From NCBI GenBank assembly GCA_010909165.1, contig MU008157.1, positions 310,001-374,000 on the forward strand: 64,000 nucleotides of DNA, read 5' to 3'. This stretch comes from Anthoceros angustus (taxonomy: Eukaryota; Plantae; Anthocerotophyta). Numbering within the stretch: position 1 is the stretch's first letter; every line of letters starts with the position of its first letter. Position numbers and translations under genes: made by a program. Of this stretch, positions 36,430-48,615 are shown one piece after another. Under the pieces are notes generated by a model. That model did not search any database and was not told the origin of the DNA. It saw only the letters and a list, made by a program, of their open reading frames with translations.

Positions 36430-36650
36430 TTCCGACAGCTATACACTATGCTGAAACTATGTACAGCTAAGAAGGATTTGGTTGTGGGGCGACGGGTTCA
36501 TGATCTCACTATCAAACTTGGATACTTGGGAACCATATCGTGCATATTTATGCATCGGGAGGTAGGCTAGATGAGTGTGTTCACCAAAGTGGGGAAACCA
36601 AATGTCTTCATTGGTTTTCCATACTCTTTGCCCATGCTAAGCCACTGGAA
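36430..36650 (+). pseudogene. Isolated decayed fragment of the same PPR family (first L-S-P motifs)
   Basis: LYTMLKLCTAKKDLVVGRRVHDLTIKLG, YLGNHIVHIYASGGRLDE and VFTKVGKPNVF match 5160-5390, with deletions and frameshifts. Confidence 0.85.
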
Positions 36651-37558
36651 ATTTTTATGTTATTGACGTGCCAGCAGCTTAGAGAATTTCTTCTACACCC
36701 TATTGTCGGTCCTTGAAGTTCCGAAAAACTCCAAGACAGAGTGCAGCGGAGTCTTGGAGTTTCATTACGGGACGAGGACGTACGAGTTTCCCCGCGGAGC
36801 TCGTCCACTAACATATATTATAGATCTAATATAATATTATTAAATATAATAACAATATATATATACATAAATTATATGCACTTGTGGCTCACATGAGGGA
36901 GGCCGACATGCCTTTTGATGGCAGGGATCGGACCCATAGGGCTTTCATTTACAAACTTCTAAGCTCTTTTATCTACATAAATTTATTTGACTTATTGGAT
37001 TTGCTCTATTTAACTTTGATGTGCCTTGAACCGGATCTCGTACATTTATCTCCATACATATTTTCTTTTTTTCTGTTTATGGTTTCTTTTTATTTTATTT
37101 CTTTGTCGTCCCGTTGCGATTCCTTTGAAGTGGGTATATGCAAGGCCTTTGAGTACGTCATGCCTCTTCGCAGTTTTGAAAATGTCCTGCTCCTCAAGGG
37201 CTATTCACAATCTCATACTACACCGTGGGCTGAATATTTAATATCTATATTTTGGGAATCTGAATATTGAAAATATATAATACTCAACATGTGGTCGGAA
37301 ATGGCCACTATCTTGACATATTACATTCAACTCCTAAGAGGGGTTGAATTATATATACCTAGATCTTTAAATTTTATATGCCAACTTATCCTTGCATCGT
37401 CATAAACCTCAGCCAAAAGACTACAATAGACCAGGAAGATGTGCACACGTGGATAAATAATGCTGCTAAATATGACACCCTACTAGTAACCCTATGCCCT
37501 AAACCCTTCTGCTCTTAGAAATAATTCAGTCCACTACAATTACCAATCAATCCCACGT

Positions 37559-37636
37559 GGGCTCTCACACATCAAGCCCCTGTAGGGCTCTCACACATCG
37601 AGCCCCTATATGGCCTTTTACAAATCAAGCCCACAG
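37559..37636. repeat. 26-bp tandem repeat x2.9 with self-complementary unit ends
   Basis: GGGCTCTCACACATCAAGCCCCTGTA / GGGCTCTCACACATCGAGCCCCTATA / degenerate third unit; GGGCT...AGCCC within each unit. Confidence 0.8.
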
Positions 37637-38049
37637 AGGCTTGCGAGAGCTAGTTTCTATCTGTTGATTGAATCGAGAGTAAAAAACCAGCCTTCAGAAC
37701 ACAACACCATCTAACCTCAGCTTACTCTTTGTAGGAAACCAAAAAAGAAAAAGAGGAAAAAGATCACAACCATAAAAATATGGTGGTTTCAAAAAATAAA
37801 AATTTTACTTATCATAAGCACATTTGAAAAGCGCCATGGTTATTGGGCGTGACAAGTTCACTCGTGCATTTAAAAATAATTTATTATATATAATTTACTT
37901 TTAAAATAAAAATATATATTTTTTGCTCTATTTAATCGAAATCCCAGGTTACAGAGAATTTAAGATATTATGAGAATTATGTATGTAGAACAATATAGAA
38001 GATCACAATGTGGCATAAATGATATGAGAGGTAATAGTCGTCATAGTAA

Positions 38050-39145
38050 AGAGGACGACGCACTTTATAAACCTCTCATGGTAGTCCGTTGCAATGAAGG
38101 ATAAATATATTCCCACTAACTTCTGCTAGCATATGATGCAAATGTTCTTCCTTGGTATACATAGTATTTCAAAATAAATGTGCAAATCCGTAAGGGTCGT
38201 CCACATAGCCCTCGGTTGGATTGAAGGTAATAAAGTCTCCTAAATGAGCGTTGATGAGTTTTTTCAAATGCATATCACCCTGCCTAAGTTCAGGAAGCCC
38301 AACCTATTGAACTTCCATGACAAATTTGCAATCTTCTTCTTCCCCTAGTGACTGAAATCCAAAGGGTTTTATTACGACAACAAGCTTGAAGCTTTTGCAT
38401 TTAATGGGATTTCCCTCCTGTACATGACTTTTGGAGATCATGCTAACATCTCTAGCATCGGTCACACGGAATTGAAGTGACCTCTAGTACTTCTTAATTT
38501 CTGCGTTGCCAACTTTTTAATGCATCTCACAAGATAGAAGGTCTGTGTCCTATTGGTAGACCCACACCTCTAAGGGACAAGGCAATTTAGGAAGCCCAAC
38601 CGATTGAACTTCCATGACAAATTTGCAATCTTCTTCTTCTCCTAATGACTGAAATCCAAAGGGTTTTATTACGACAACAAGCTTGAAGCTTCTGCATTTA
38701 ATATATGACTTTTGGAGATCATGCTAACATCTCTGGCATCGGTCACACGGAATTGAATTGACCTCTAGTACTTCTTAATTTCTGCGCTGCCAACTTTTTA
38801 ATGCATCTCACAAGATAGAAGGTCAGTGTCCAATCGGTAGACCCACACCTCTAAAGGACAAGGCAATTTATCATTAATATACCGGTGAGGTTTTGCTTCT
38901 GGTGGTTCCAGAGCGACATAGAAGTGCACGTTGTTGCCCGACACGCAGGAATGAATAAGTGATATAATATTTCTAGAAGCTAGATAGAGGACAGTGAGGC
39001 ACCGCTAGTTCCAAAACAATTTCTCGCTTCACCTGGGGCCCTTTGGAATGAAGTGAAAACCTCGTCGATGGAATGACAGCTGCTGGAACTCATTCGGCGC
39101 TGGAACCTTCTCCCACTTGTCATGCATCGGACCCCCTTCCATATT
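38050..39145 (-). pseudogene. Decayed paralogue of the 34598-36016 F-box gene with an internal 297-bp tandem duplication (38292-38588 / 38589-38870)
   Basis: Nucleotide matches to the F-box gene: GGTAGACCCACAC, GTGGTTCCAGAGCG, CCCGACACGCAGGA, GAATGAAGTGAAAACCTCG, GGAACCTTCTCCCACTTGTCATGCATCGG. No open frame. Confidence 0.85.
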
Positions 39146-40341
39146 CTCTACTTGATCTCGTACAGACTAATAACATTTGTGGCATTTTTCTCCTTTGCTG
39201 CAAACCAAAGTTCCATTAAGTCTACTATGTTGAGCTCCTCCCCCATACTCAGGGCTGACCTATTTTTGTCCCGGGTGACGAGGTCTTTGTCGCAAATGTG
39301 ATTATAATAGACCCTACTCAGGACATCATCTACGAACATGTCATCATCTATCCTCCAGGTTGGGTGGTGGAGGGATGCACTACGGCTATGGTTCACAAGT
39401 ACACCTACCCATGTATTCCTACTAAGACTTATGGGACCATGGGCAAGGACTTCTCAAAGTTTATCACTGCTAGTACTAAAACATACTACATGTGAAGAAG
39501 AGGATAGGTCTAATGGTGACCATCGCCCTGCATAGCGCAAATTTATCACAGCTTGTGCTAAAGCATACCACATGTGCAAGATGGGGGTAGGTCCGCAGGT
39601 AGCCATCGCCCCGCACCGGGCGTTGGCAGATACAATTCGACGGCTTTGAAAACGGAGGACGCACATTTTCAGGGGATGCACATTTTCAGGTCCGGTGGGG
39701 TTTTGCAGGGCGGCTTCGAACGCGACCGGGGAGAACGCAACATCTTCTGTTCTGTTGAAAATTTCAAGACGGCTTCAAACGCAAGGACGCAGCATTTTCA
39801 ATGCGGTGTGGTCAAAAAGCGTTTCCTTATTCCAGATTATGACATCTTCGGAGCTATAGGTAACTTCAGGGTAGACGATCGGGGGAGGGGTCTAGTCCGC
39901 CTTTGGCCTGGAGCCCTATGGAGGTCCCCATCGCCTTTTTTTTTTTTCTATTGCATATTTATAAAGTCTGTACGTTTCAAATAGGGACTTCTATGTAAAT
40001 ATGTTGGCACTCCCCTGGATCAAAACCCTAAGTCGAGTCGAGACTGTCACGGTAGTGAGTACCGGACGGGGAGGGGCTGCCTGTGGACAGATGATTATGC
40101 TTCTCTTAAGTGGCGCCGTGACGCTGATCTGTGCATATATGTGAGGGTAGTGTAAGCAGTCTGGTGTTGTTGTGATGCACGCACCAAGGTGTGAGATTAA
40201 GGGATTGCACATGTTGTCAGAACCTGAGAGACGACCACGAGCTTGGGTCTCGAGTTTCTGGACGACAGACATGGCCTGCATTGTGAATTAGGGTGGGAAC
40301 TTTGGAGAATTTAGAAGCTGGTTGCGGTGCGGATCGCCAAT

Positions 40342-43121
40342 ATGGGGGAAGAGAAGCGGCACGAGATGATGGAAACGATTTTTGGTGAAGATTTTGTGGA
40401 GTCGGAAGATGAGCAGGACGTAGCACCTCGGAGTCGCGTCCGCTCTGCTTCTGGGTCGCCAGCAGGATCTGATGACGACGAGGGAGAAGGCGAGGGAGAG
40501 GGGGAAGGAGAAGGCGAGGGAGAGGGGGAAGGAGAAGGCGAGGGAGAGGGGGAAGGAGAAGGGGAGGGAGAGGGGGACGGGGATGTTGAGGTAGAGGGGG
40601 AAGGAGAAGGAGAAGTGGAAGCAGAGGGTTTAGTGGAGAGCGAGGGGGAGCGGGTAGGCAGTGATGCAGATAGGGATCAGAGTGATGCAGAGAGAGCTCA
40701 GAGCGATGGCGAGAGGGAGGAAAGTGAAGGGGAGCGAGATGAAGGTAGTGACGGGGAAAGGGAGGGTTACAGGGAAGCAGAGTCCGAACCTGGACGGGCC
40801 GAGCCTGAAGCCAGTGGCAGTGGCTCGGAGCAGTCCAACAGGAACCGTAGAGATGACGGAGAGGACGACGAAGGAGCTGAGGAAGAAGCAAGGGAGTCCA
40901 GGTTAGTGGCTCTTTTTTAGGTCTGTAGGTTCTTTGCCTTGAGCGATCGCGCTGGGTTTGTCTTCATGGTTCAGTCCTGACCTCAGTGAACGAGGCGACC
41001 GGAGACAGAGATCTGGGGAGGTTGCGGAAGCCCGGGCAATTTTTGGTGAATCGGATGAGGAGGAAGAAGTGGAAAAAGTACCGCGTGGAAGGAGGCGGGG
41101 GGTAAGGGGCTCACATCATCCGTTTTCTGAGAGTCATGTGGTTTGCATCGCAGTTTGCGAGTACAGTACTCAGCTAACGTTGCTCTTACTTGCGGTGGGT
41201 CTGCAGCGTCCCCTGTCAGATGATGAAGGGGAACAAGAAGAACCAGCACCTGATGATGTTGTGGCAGATGATGACGATGATGGCTACAGGGAGGAACCTC
41301 AATTTGATCGTAGAACTCGAGAGAGACCGATGGGGGAGCCTTTGGATTTGGAGATTCCTTCTCGTCAGCCTCCCTGCCGACCGGACCAGGTCTACCATTC
41401 AAATTCAGTAATTTATTTGCGTAAGCAATCAAAGTTTCAATTCTGTGGTCTAACATGCAGCTGCAATCAGATGAACCTGGTGCGGGTATCCAATATAATG
41501 GGTATTGAACCAAAACCATTTGACCCTAAGACTTATGAAGAGGAGGCTACAACATTCGTCACTGATGAAAGTGGTCGCAAACAGCGGTTACGATTGGAGG
41601 AGAATGTTGCTCGGTGGAGGGCAATCAAGAATCGCAATGGGTCCTTGACTGTAAGTTGTTCAACAATTTTTGAAGTAGTGCTCCTTTGGACTTATGAGCC
41701 AGTTTTCCATGAAGAGAGGACATGAGGTGTTTTGATTGATTGTGGAACTTTGTTGTTGCAGTTTGAGAGCAACGCAAGATTTGTGAAATGGTCTGATGGT
41801 AGCCTACAGCTGTTGCTTGGGAACGAAGTTCTTGATATAGCAGTACAGGATTCCCGTCATGATCAATCTCATCTTTTCCTTCGGCATCCTAAGGTCTGTG
41901 TTTCTTACGTTAATGCAGTGGTGCAGTTGTATGGAGTGAACGTCTGACAGTATATTACTGAGAAATCCAATTGTGTTATCGCAGGGAATCCTACAGTCAC
42001 AAGGTCGTTTAGGTCGGAAGATGAAGTTCATGCCTTCGTCTTTGACATCGAAGTCACATAAGTTGTTGACTGCGCTTGTTGACTCAAGGCACAAGAAGGT
42101 TTTCAAAGTGAAAAACGTTTACACTACAAAGGATCCAGAGAAAGAGAAAGTGGAGAAAGAGAGGGTATGGATGTATGCTTGTGATTTAAGAATGCAGTGG
42201 CTTTTTCTCCCTCGAAGTAGCAGGACCTCAACTCCTCATTCTGTCACGCAGGCTGCAGAGCAACGCATAAGAAGCAAGGAGGATCTCCAGAGAAAGCAAG
42301 ATAAGGTGAAGAGCAAATACACTCCCATTCACCGTGAGCGGGATGCACAACTGTCCCCTAATTATCTGGAGGTTGCACTTGATGAGGTACTCATCTTGTT
42401 TCAGTAGGCAATTTTGCTTTCCCCTGATTTGTCCAGGGTGCTGTGTCCTCAAGCGTGCAAGCGCTGCCCGAAGCAAGTTGACAGTAATTTTGCATGTGGA
42501 CTCTTCAGGATGAGGAGACAGATGAGTTTGCAGATGGGCGAAGGGCAGTAGACGCAAGGCGTTTCCAAGAGCAATTAGAAGCAGAGGGTAGAGCAGAGCG
42601 GCGCATGATGGGCTCAAGAAGGGTAATTGATGTCACGGCAGATGTGTTTGGAAGAATTTGCATGTATACCAGTATGCTGAAATGCCGGGTACTATTCGGT
42701 TGCAGCCACCGCCAGCAGTGAGAGAAGCACCCGCTAGAAGTATGAAGAACAGAAGACCGCCACCACTGTCTCGTCGGGAGACCATGGATTCTTATTCAGA
42801 GGAGAGCGACCGCGAGCCATCGTATAAAAGCGAGGGTGACGAAGACGGGTATCCTGCAGCAGAGGAGGTCGAAGAAGAAGACTGGCAAGAGAGACCGAAG
42901 TATCGGGAGGTAAACTTCTCAAGGAGAACGAATTTCGTGTTAATCGTAAGCCCGATTCACTGAAACCAGCTGTGTCTGCAGGAGAGACGGAGGGTAGACA
43001 GGGATGATGACAGGAGGAAGAGAAAGAGGGAGAAGGAGGAAGAGGCTCGCAGAGAGGCATCACCTCCGAAGAAGACGGCACAAAGAAGGCGGGTAGTGGT
43101 TAGTAGCGACGACGAGGATTG
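40342..43121 (+). CDS. VIP4: LEO1/VIP4 subunit of the Paf1 complex (multi-exon)
   Basis: [16 protein letters not shown], acidic N-terminus, [65 protein letters not shown], end [12 protein letters not shown]. Confidence 0.93.
40480..40620 (+). repeat. Coding (Glu-Gly)n tract built from a 24-bp higher-order unit
   Basis: GAGGGAGAGGGGGAAGGAGAAGGC at 40492, 40516 and 40540 (last base differs), flanked by degenerate EG codons. Confidence 0.92.
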
Positions 43122-43380
43122 AAACATATTGTCGAAATATGTCTGGTCTTTCGGATCTCGGAAAAATTGTCATTGGAAATATTCATGAGAAAATTGTACA
43201 TCATGAAATTGAGGAGAAAGAATTATTAGGAAAGAATAGCAGACTGCTAAAGCTGCTGTGCGCTTTTCTTTCCCAATAATTCTGGAATTGAAAATGAAGA
43301 TAGAGCGGTGGACGAGAAGAAGCAAAATTATGGATAATCACTTTTCAACTCAGATGTTATTGAAAGATAATCGGCGTGAT

Positions 43381-44896
43381 TTACAAGCCATCAGCTGCAC
43401 TCAGGAAGGCGCTGGTTTGACGACCGCGGGAAGATCCGGCTAGTTCACATCCCGTACTGGCAATTTGAATGAGAATGGCTGCCAGTTTCTTTGGCCTGGA
43501 CAAGAAGACAGCATGGTCGGCCTGGGGCACACTGAAGACGCACAATGGTGGATTGCGCTGTATAATATAATCCTGGTCACCGGGCGGCACTCCTCGGTCC
43601 GCCAGAGTCTTGACGTAATAGCGAGGCACCGTCCCGAATCGGGACGGTGTGAGCGGCAGCACTTCGTTGCCCATACCGGCAGGCGACCTGGTGATGAGAG
43701 TGAGCGCCAGGTTCAGCTCCTGCACAAGAGAGGGAGGCATGGATGACGCATTAGGCCGATTGTGCAGCGATGGTGGGTTACCAAACAAGCTCAGGCTAAT
43801 GAAAGCGATAGCCGAAGCCAACTTCACCAACCTGCTGGGGAGTCTCGTTGTAGAAAAAGTCGCGGGCAGAAGCCGGATTGAGGGCAACTGAGGTGAAGGG
43901 CTGGTTGGGCCCGTTGCCGTAGTACGGCAGCAGATCGTTTCTCGTGAAGAGGCGGCTGAAGGTCTGGCCCACGACAGGGAGCCCATGTCAGTCATTAGAG
44001 CAGTTTAGAGCCTCGTCCGGCCTGGCCTCGCATCGCGCGATTCCAAAGAAGCATGTGCTGGAGGTCACAACGTGGCGACTGAATGTACTCACCTCGGGGG
44101 CAAAGGAATCGAAGTAGGTGTCACCGTAGGTGGGAGAACTGGCCGCAATGTAGACCGCTTTGTCGACGATGTCGGCGAAGAGCTCGGATGCGTACGCGAC
44201 GGTGCCTCCTCCCAAGCTGTGCCCCACCAGAATGACCTGCACAGTCGAAGTTGATGGGCACCGAATCCCCACCAGTTCAGGCAATGCCAACCTACCAAAT
44301 TGAAACGCACGCAATGCTACGCTCCCGCTGCGTCACATCCAAAACCTTGCGGGCCGGGTCCAGCGCCAGTTGCGCCATGAGGTCGGTGAGCGGCTTGGTG
44401 TACTGCGCCACGGAGGTGACGTTGTCGGCAGTGGCGTCGCGGTTGATGGCCGCGCTAGCCAGATCGATTGCCGACACCGCGTGCCCAGCCTCCTCCAGCG
44501 CGGTTGTCACCTTGTACCAGCACCAGGCGCCATGCCCGATTCCATGCACGAGCACGAAGTGATGCGGCTCTCCGTCCCCGGCCTCCGGTGCCGTCGCCGG
44601 TGCCGGTGCCGGTGCCGTCGCCGGTGCCGGAGCCGGAGCCAGCCCCTCCGCGGCGCCATGCCCAGCCTGCACTCAAACCCCATCCCGCAATGTCATCCAC
44701 CCGCGACCACGATTGGATTGGATTGGATTCGATCCGAGTCGAGTCGAGTCGAGTCGAATCGCGATCGGCTAGCTCGTCTCCGCCGGGACTGCAGAGCTGA
44801 TCCGAATTGGAAGCATGCGTCAAGGAGCCGGCTCACCTGCGAGAGGAAAAACAGCAGCGCTGCAACGAGGAGGAGGGCGCGGCCGAACTCGTCCAT
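43381..44896 (-). CDS. Methylesterase (MES/SABP2-like alpha/beta hydrolase) with predicted signal peptide exon (44837-44896) and Ala-Pro linker
   Basis: HFVLVHGIGHGAWCWYKV, VILVGHSLGG (nucleophile), YGNGPNQPFTSV, ARDFFYNE, VPRYYVKTLADR, ADHAVFLSRP. Exon 1 MDEFGRALLLVAALLFFLSQ|GTGAG joins in phase 0 via a 170-nt intron to AGHGAAEGLAPAPAPATAPAPAPATAPEAG. Confidence 0.88.
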
Positions 44897-47201
44897 GGCG
44901 TCGGATGGCACTCGGTGGCGGCAGCCCGCGCGGGCGTGGTGTTTTAATTTCGAAGGCTGGCATCTGCAGGCGGGACCAGGGAAGGAAATGCAAACGCCTT
45001 GGCGTTGGCAGCCTGCAGCCAGCAGCCGGCTGCTGCCCACCCCCTCGCCAAATCGGGTAAAGCAGATAACATGGGCCCTGCAGCTGGCTGGCGAACTACG
45101 ACGCACTTCCCTTCAACTTGTCCCTGCGTCTTTGTTCGTCTTCCCTCCCGTAATCCGCACCCAGTCTCGCGCGGCGAAACTGGCAGGTGCGGCGAAAACC
45201 ACGCCTGCCAGAAGAGCACCTACCCGCCGCCAGCTGGGAATCTGGATCAAATCAAGCCGCAACCTTTTAAGTTGGATGCACCAGATTGATGAGCAGCTAT
45301 CCCATATCTTCCATCCCGCCCCCTTGTAGAGCACAATCCAATTCAATAAAACCGGTGTCACGCACACGACACACAACTCCCCAGCCCAGGCCGAGTCCGA
45401 GTACATATGTGGCATGGGATATATGAGATATATGTATCTGTGGGGAGAGTTCTCGAGCGCGAGGTGATTGGTAATAAAACTTCAACTTGAATAGTGGCGG
45501 CGCCGGCTCTACGAAACTCTGCTTGATATGATTTGCCACAAAGCACAAAGTACAAAGCACAAAGCGGCGACTTCGATTAGCGAGCTTACGCTCGCTTCTG
45601 GTTTGCGTATGGCGTGGGCTGACAGGGCGCGTGGGGCGGGGCCCGGGCGGGGCCGGGGCGCGCGGGGCCTGGGGCCGGCTAAACAGGTGCTCGTGTGGGG
45701 CCTGGACCTGGGCCTGGCAATTGGATCCACTTGGAGGAAGTTGGAATGCTCCACGAGACCAACGGCAGCAGCGGAAGCAGCAGCATTGAATGCGGAATCA
45801 TGCTCGCTGTGATTACCGCAGACAGGCCCGGCCTTTTAGCGCCTTGTCGCCCAAAAGCTGAGCATGGCTAGCTGGCCACCTGCACACCGCCGTTTCCTAT
45901 TAACGACTCCGTAGCCTCCGTTGCCCATTTCTGTCTTGAACACCGACAACGGATCCGGATATATGTTCTCCGGCAACGCAACGGATTGGCGTGGGATACT
46001 GCATCACGGACTGGTGTGTCTGGCGGTTCCGTCATCCCGGGAGTGTCGCACTCGCACAATGCATTCCGCATTCCGAGGTATGTACATACGTAGTGTCGTC
46101 GTTGAGGAAGGGCCCAGGGCCTTCGATTCAATTCAATGCAATAAAAGTGGTGTCGCGCACCCAACCCCCCAGTCGCTTCCCCTTCAACGGGAAGGAATTG
46201 TGTCCTATGTACGGGCCTATGCTAGCAGATATCCCATGTATGTACTGTACCAACATAAATACATTAGGGAGACTGTAGCAGCGTCGGCCTAGAGACGTTT
46301 TATGGACGTCATATGAAGTGCAGGGTCGAGGATGGGGCCTCGCGTGCAACGTGCTGCCTCCAAGCGGCAGTGCTGCATCCGGCGCCGGCGCCGGCGCGAG
46401 GTCCCAAACTCTCAACACAAATCGCATCACAACTTGAGAGGGAGGGATACCTGGCCACCCACGAGGGCCCGGGAGCTGGGAATGGTCAGAGAACAATCAT
46501 GGGGCCACATGACAACCGCATCACGCATAATGCACTACATAATTGTTCACCACGGCGCCGAGCCCCTTGCCACCTGCCCCCTAGCCCACAGCGCATCCTG
46601 CAGCCTGCAGGCTGCTTACATTCTACTCTAGTACTGAATGTCTAGTCTAAAAGAAAGCGATGTCCGTCTATGTATTATGTGTGGTGCACTCTACACTGGT
46701 CTACATGTATTTGTAGAATGTATCAGAGCCCAGAATGCAGCATCGGGCCTGGGAACATCGGAAGACGAAGACGAAGACTGAGAAGCCGAAGACGAAGAGG
46801 AAGAGGCATGGACTCTGTTACGCATGCGCGTGAGCTGATGAGCCAGGGCCTCGAGATCGTACCCGCGCCAGCAGAGACAAGATCGGAGAATGTTGCCCAG
46901 CCTGGCTGCCTGTCGTCTTGTTTTTGGTCCACAGAGCTCGTAGCATCGCCGTGGCCTACGCTCTTGCTCTTGCCCTTCCGAAACGGCAGGGCAGGCACCC
47001 TCGTCTTTCCCTGCGCCCCAAGTACTGTGGGGCCCACAGCCGAGGATGTATGTACTCCCAGTCGTGCAGGCTACCCACACGGAACAGAGTCTCGCTGCTC
47101 AGCTTCTACGATTACGGGAAGTAAGTGAGTAAATAAAAATGATTGGAAAAGAAGTGTCCGAAGAAATTGAAGAACTTACGGTAATGGATATGGGGCACAT
47201 A

Positions 47202-47731
47202 CAGTCGGCCCCCCTAATTGGGAATTCTATAAATGGGATTCCTCTCTAAATGGGACCTCCCATCCTACTCCCTTTAGTTTACAATGTAATAAATGGGACT
47301 TTTCCCTAAATGATAATTGGGACCTTTTGAAACATACATTCATGTTAGTTTCACCTCCTAAATGGGATTTCTAATTTTTACTAAAAATTTTAAAAAGAAA
47401 GAAAAAGAATCTATTATTTGAGAGCACAATAGACTTTTAGGTGTGATTGAAGACTCTTCAGCTAAGCTTTTTCCTTTATGATAGATAGAGGTTTTTGATG
47501 TTAGAGAGAGTGCTAGCTTTCAAACAACTATATAAAGAACTGGTAAAAGTTATTTTTTGTGAAACCTATCAATCAAAATTTAAATTTTCTTTTTTTGGGT
47601 ATTTTTTGATTTTTTTTTAAATTTTATAACATTTTTATTATTTTTAAATAGGGAAAATACAATCGGGACACTTCCCTTAATGGGACCTCTAAAGGCACTC
47701 CGAACCAGTCCCAATTAGGGGGGGTGGACTG
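47202..47731. mobile_element. About 530-bp MITE of Tc1/mariner (pogo-like) type
   Basis: Imperfect TIRs CAGTCGGCCCCCCTAATTGGGA and TCCCAATTAGGGGGGGTGGACTG, TA on both flanks (47200-47201, 47732-47733), AT-rich non-coding interior with about 8 AATGGGA-like motifs. Confidence 0.88.
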
Positions 47732-48092
47732 TACATACAGTAGTACACAGGTACACTGCAGCTCATCATTCTGCGGGTTTGCGTACAGCACAAACATATT
47801 GACCGTCTTTGAAGACCGGACCGCGTATCCGGGGGCCCATGTGGGAAAAGCCACCAAACAAGCACCTGGACAATGAAACGTGGGCCCTCTCACCTTTTCG
47901 TCGCCTTTTTGGCGACAGCGAACAGTGTTGCGACCGGCGCCGGGCCGGGGCCAAGTTGCCTTTTTGCTTCTTACCACCCGAGGCTGTAATGACGGCCTTA
48001 CAAACCAAAGAAGGGGTGCACTGCGACAACTCGAGGGATCAGGCCACGTCAGGACCGTGGGACCACCATTATTGCTCCTCGTCTTGTTTTGG

Positions 48093-48132
48093 GGCCATGC
48101 GGCCATGCGGCCATGAGGCCATGAGGCCATGT
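48093..48132. repeat. 8-bp tandem repeat x5
   Basis: GGCCATGC x2, GGCCATGA x2, GGCCATGT. Confidence 0.9.
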
Positions 48133-48615
48133 TCCTTCTCGGCTCCGACTCCTTGGGCCTGGGCGCGGCGCCCCACCTTTCACCTTCCATCTCTTCGGCC
48201 TGGAACTTGGAAGTGGATGAAATGAACTTATCCCTAACAAGCTACAACTGGATGTGCTTCCAGGAAAACACATGCCTCATCACACACCTCCCTATGCTGC
48301 TTCACTCTCGGGTGGGCCACCACCACTATGTCTGGACAAATCCGCTCTTCCCCACACAGTCTCCATGCACTTCCGACGCTCCAGGCACTTCCGGTGACAC
48401 CAGCAACCAGCTTCCCCTTCGATACGTTGGCGTCCGCCAACCAAGGTACAGAAGACACACCACAGACACGTCAGTCACCAGGGCCTCGGCAACAAAACCT
48501 CCACCTTCCCTTGTCCTGACCCATATCAATTGGTGCCCGCAACTCATCTAACAACTGCACCTCCCTATGCATCGGGCAACCGTCAAAGAAAGTCCTCTGA
48601 GAAGCTGGAAACGCT

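Noticed and set aside
39146-39990. Insertion in the F-box pseudogene as a CACTA or other transposase remnant
   Set aside because: I could not find termini, a TSD or a convincing transposase motif; left unassigned.
44700-46650. Many overlapping GC-rich ORFs upstream of the methylesterase
   Set aside because: Expected from high GC and microsatellites; only the 60-nt signal-peptide exon has splice and phase support.
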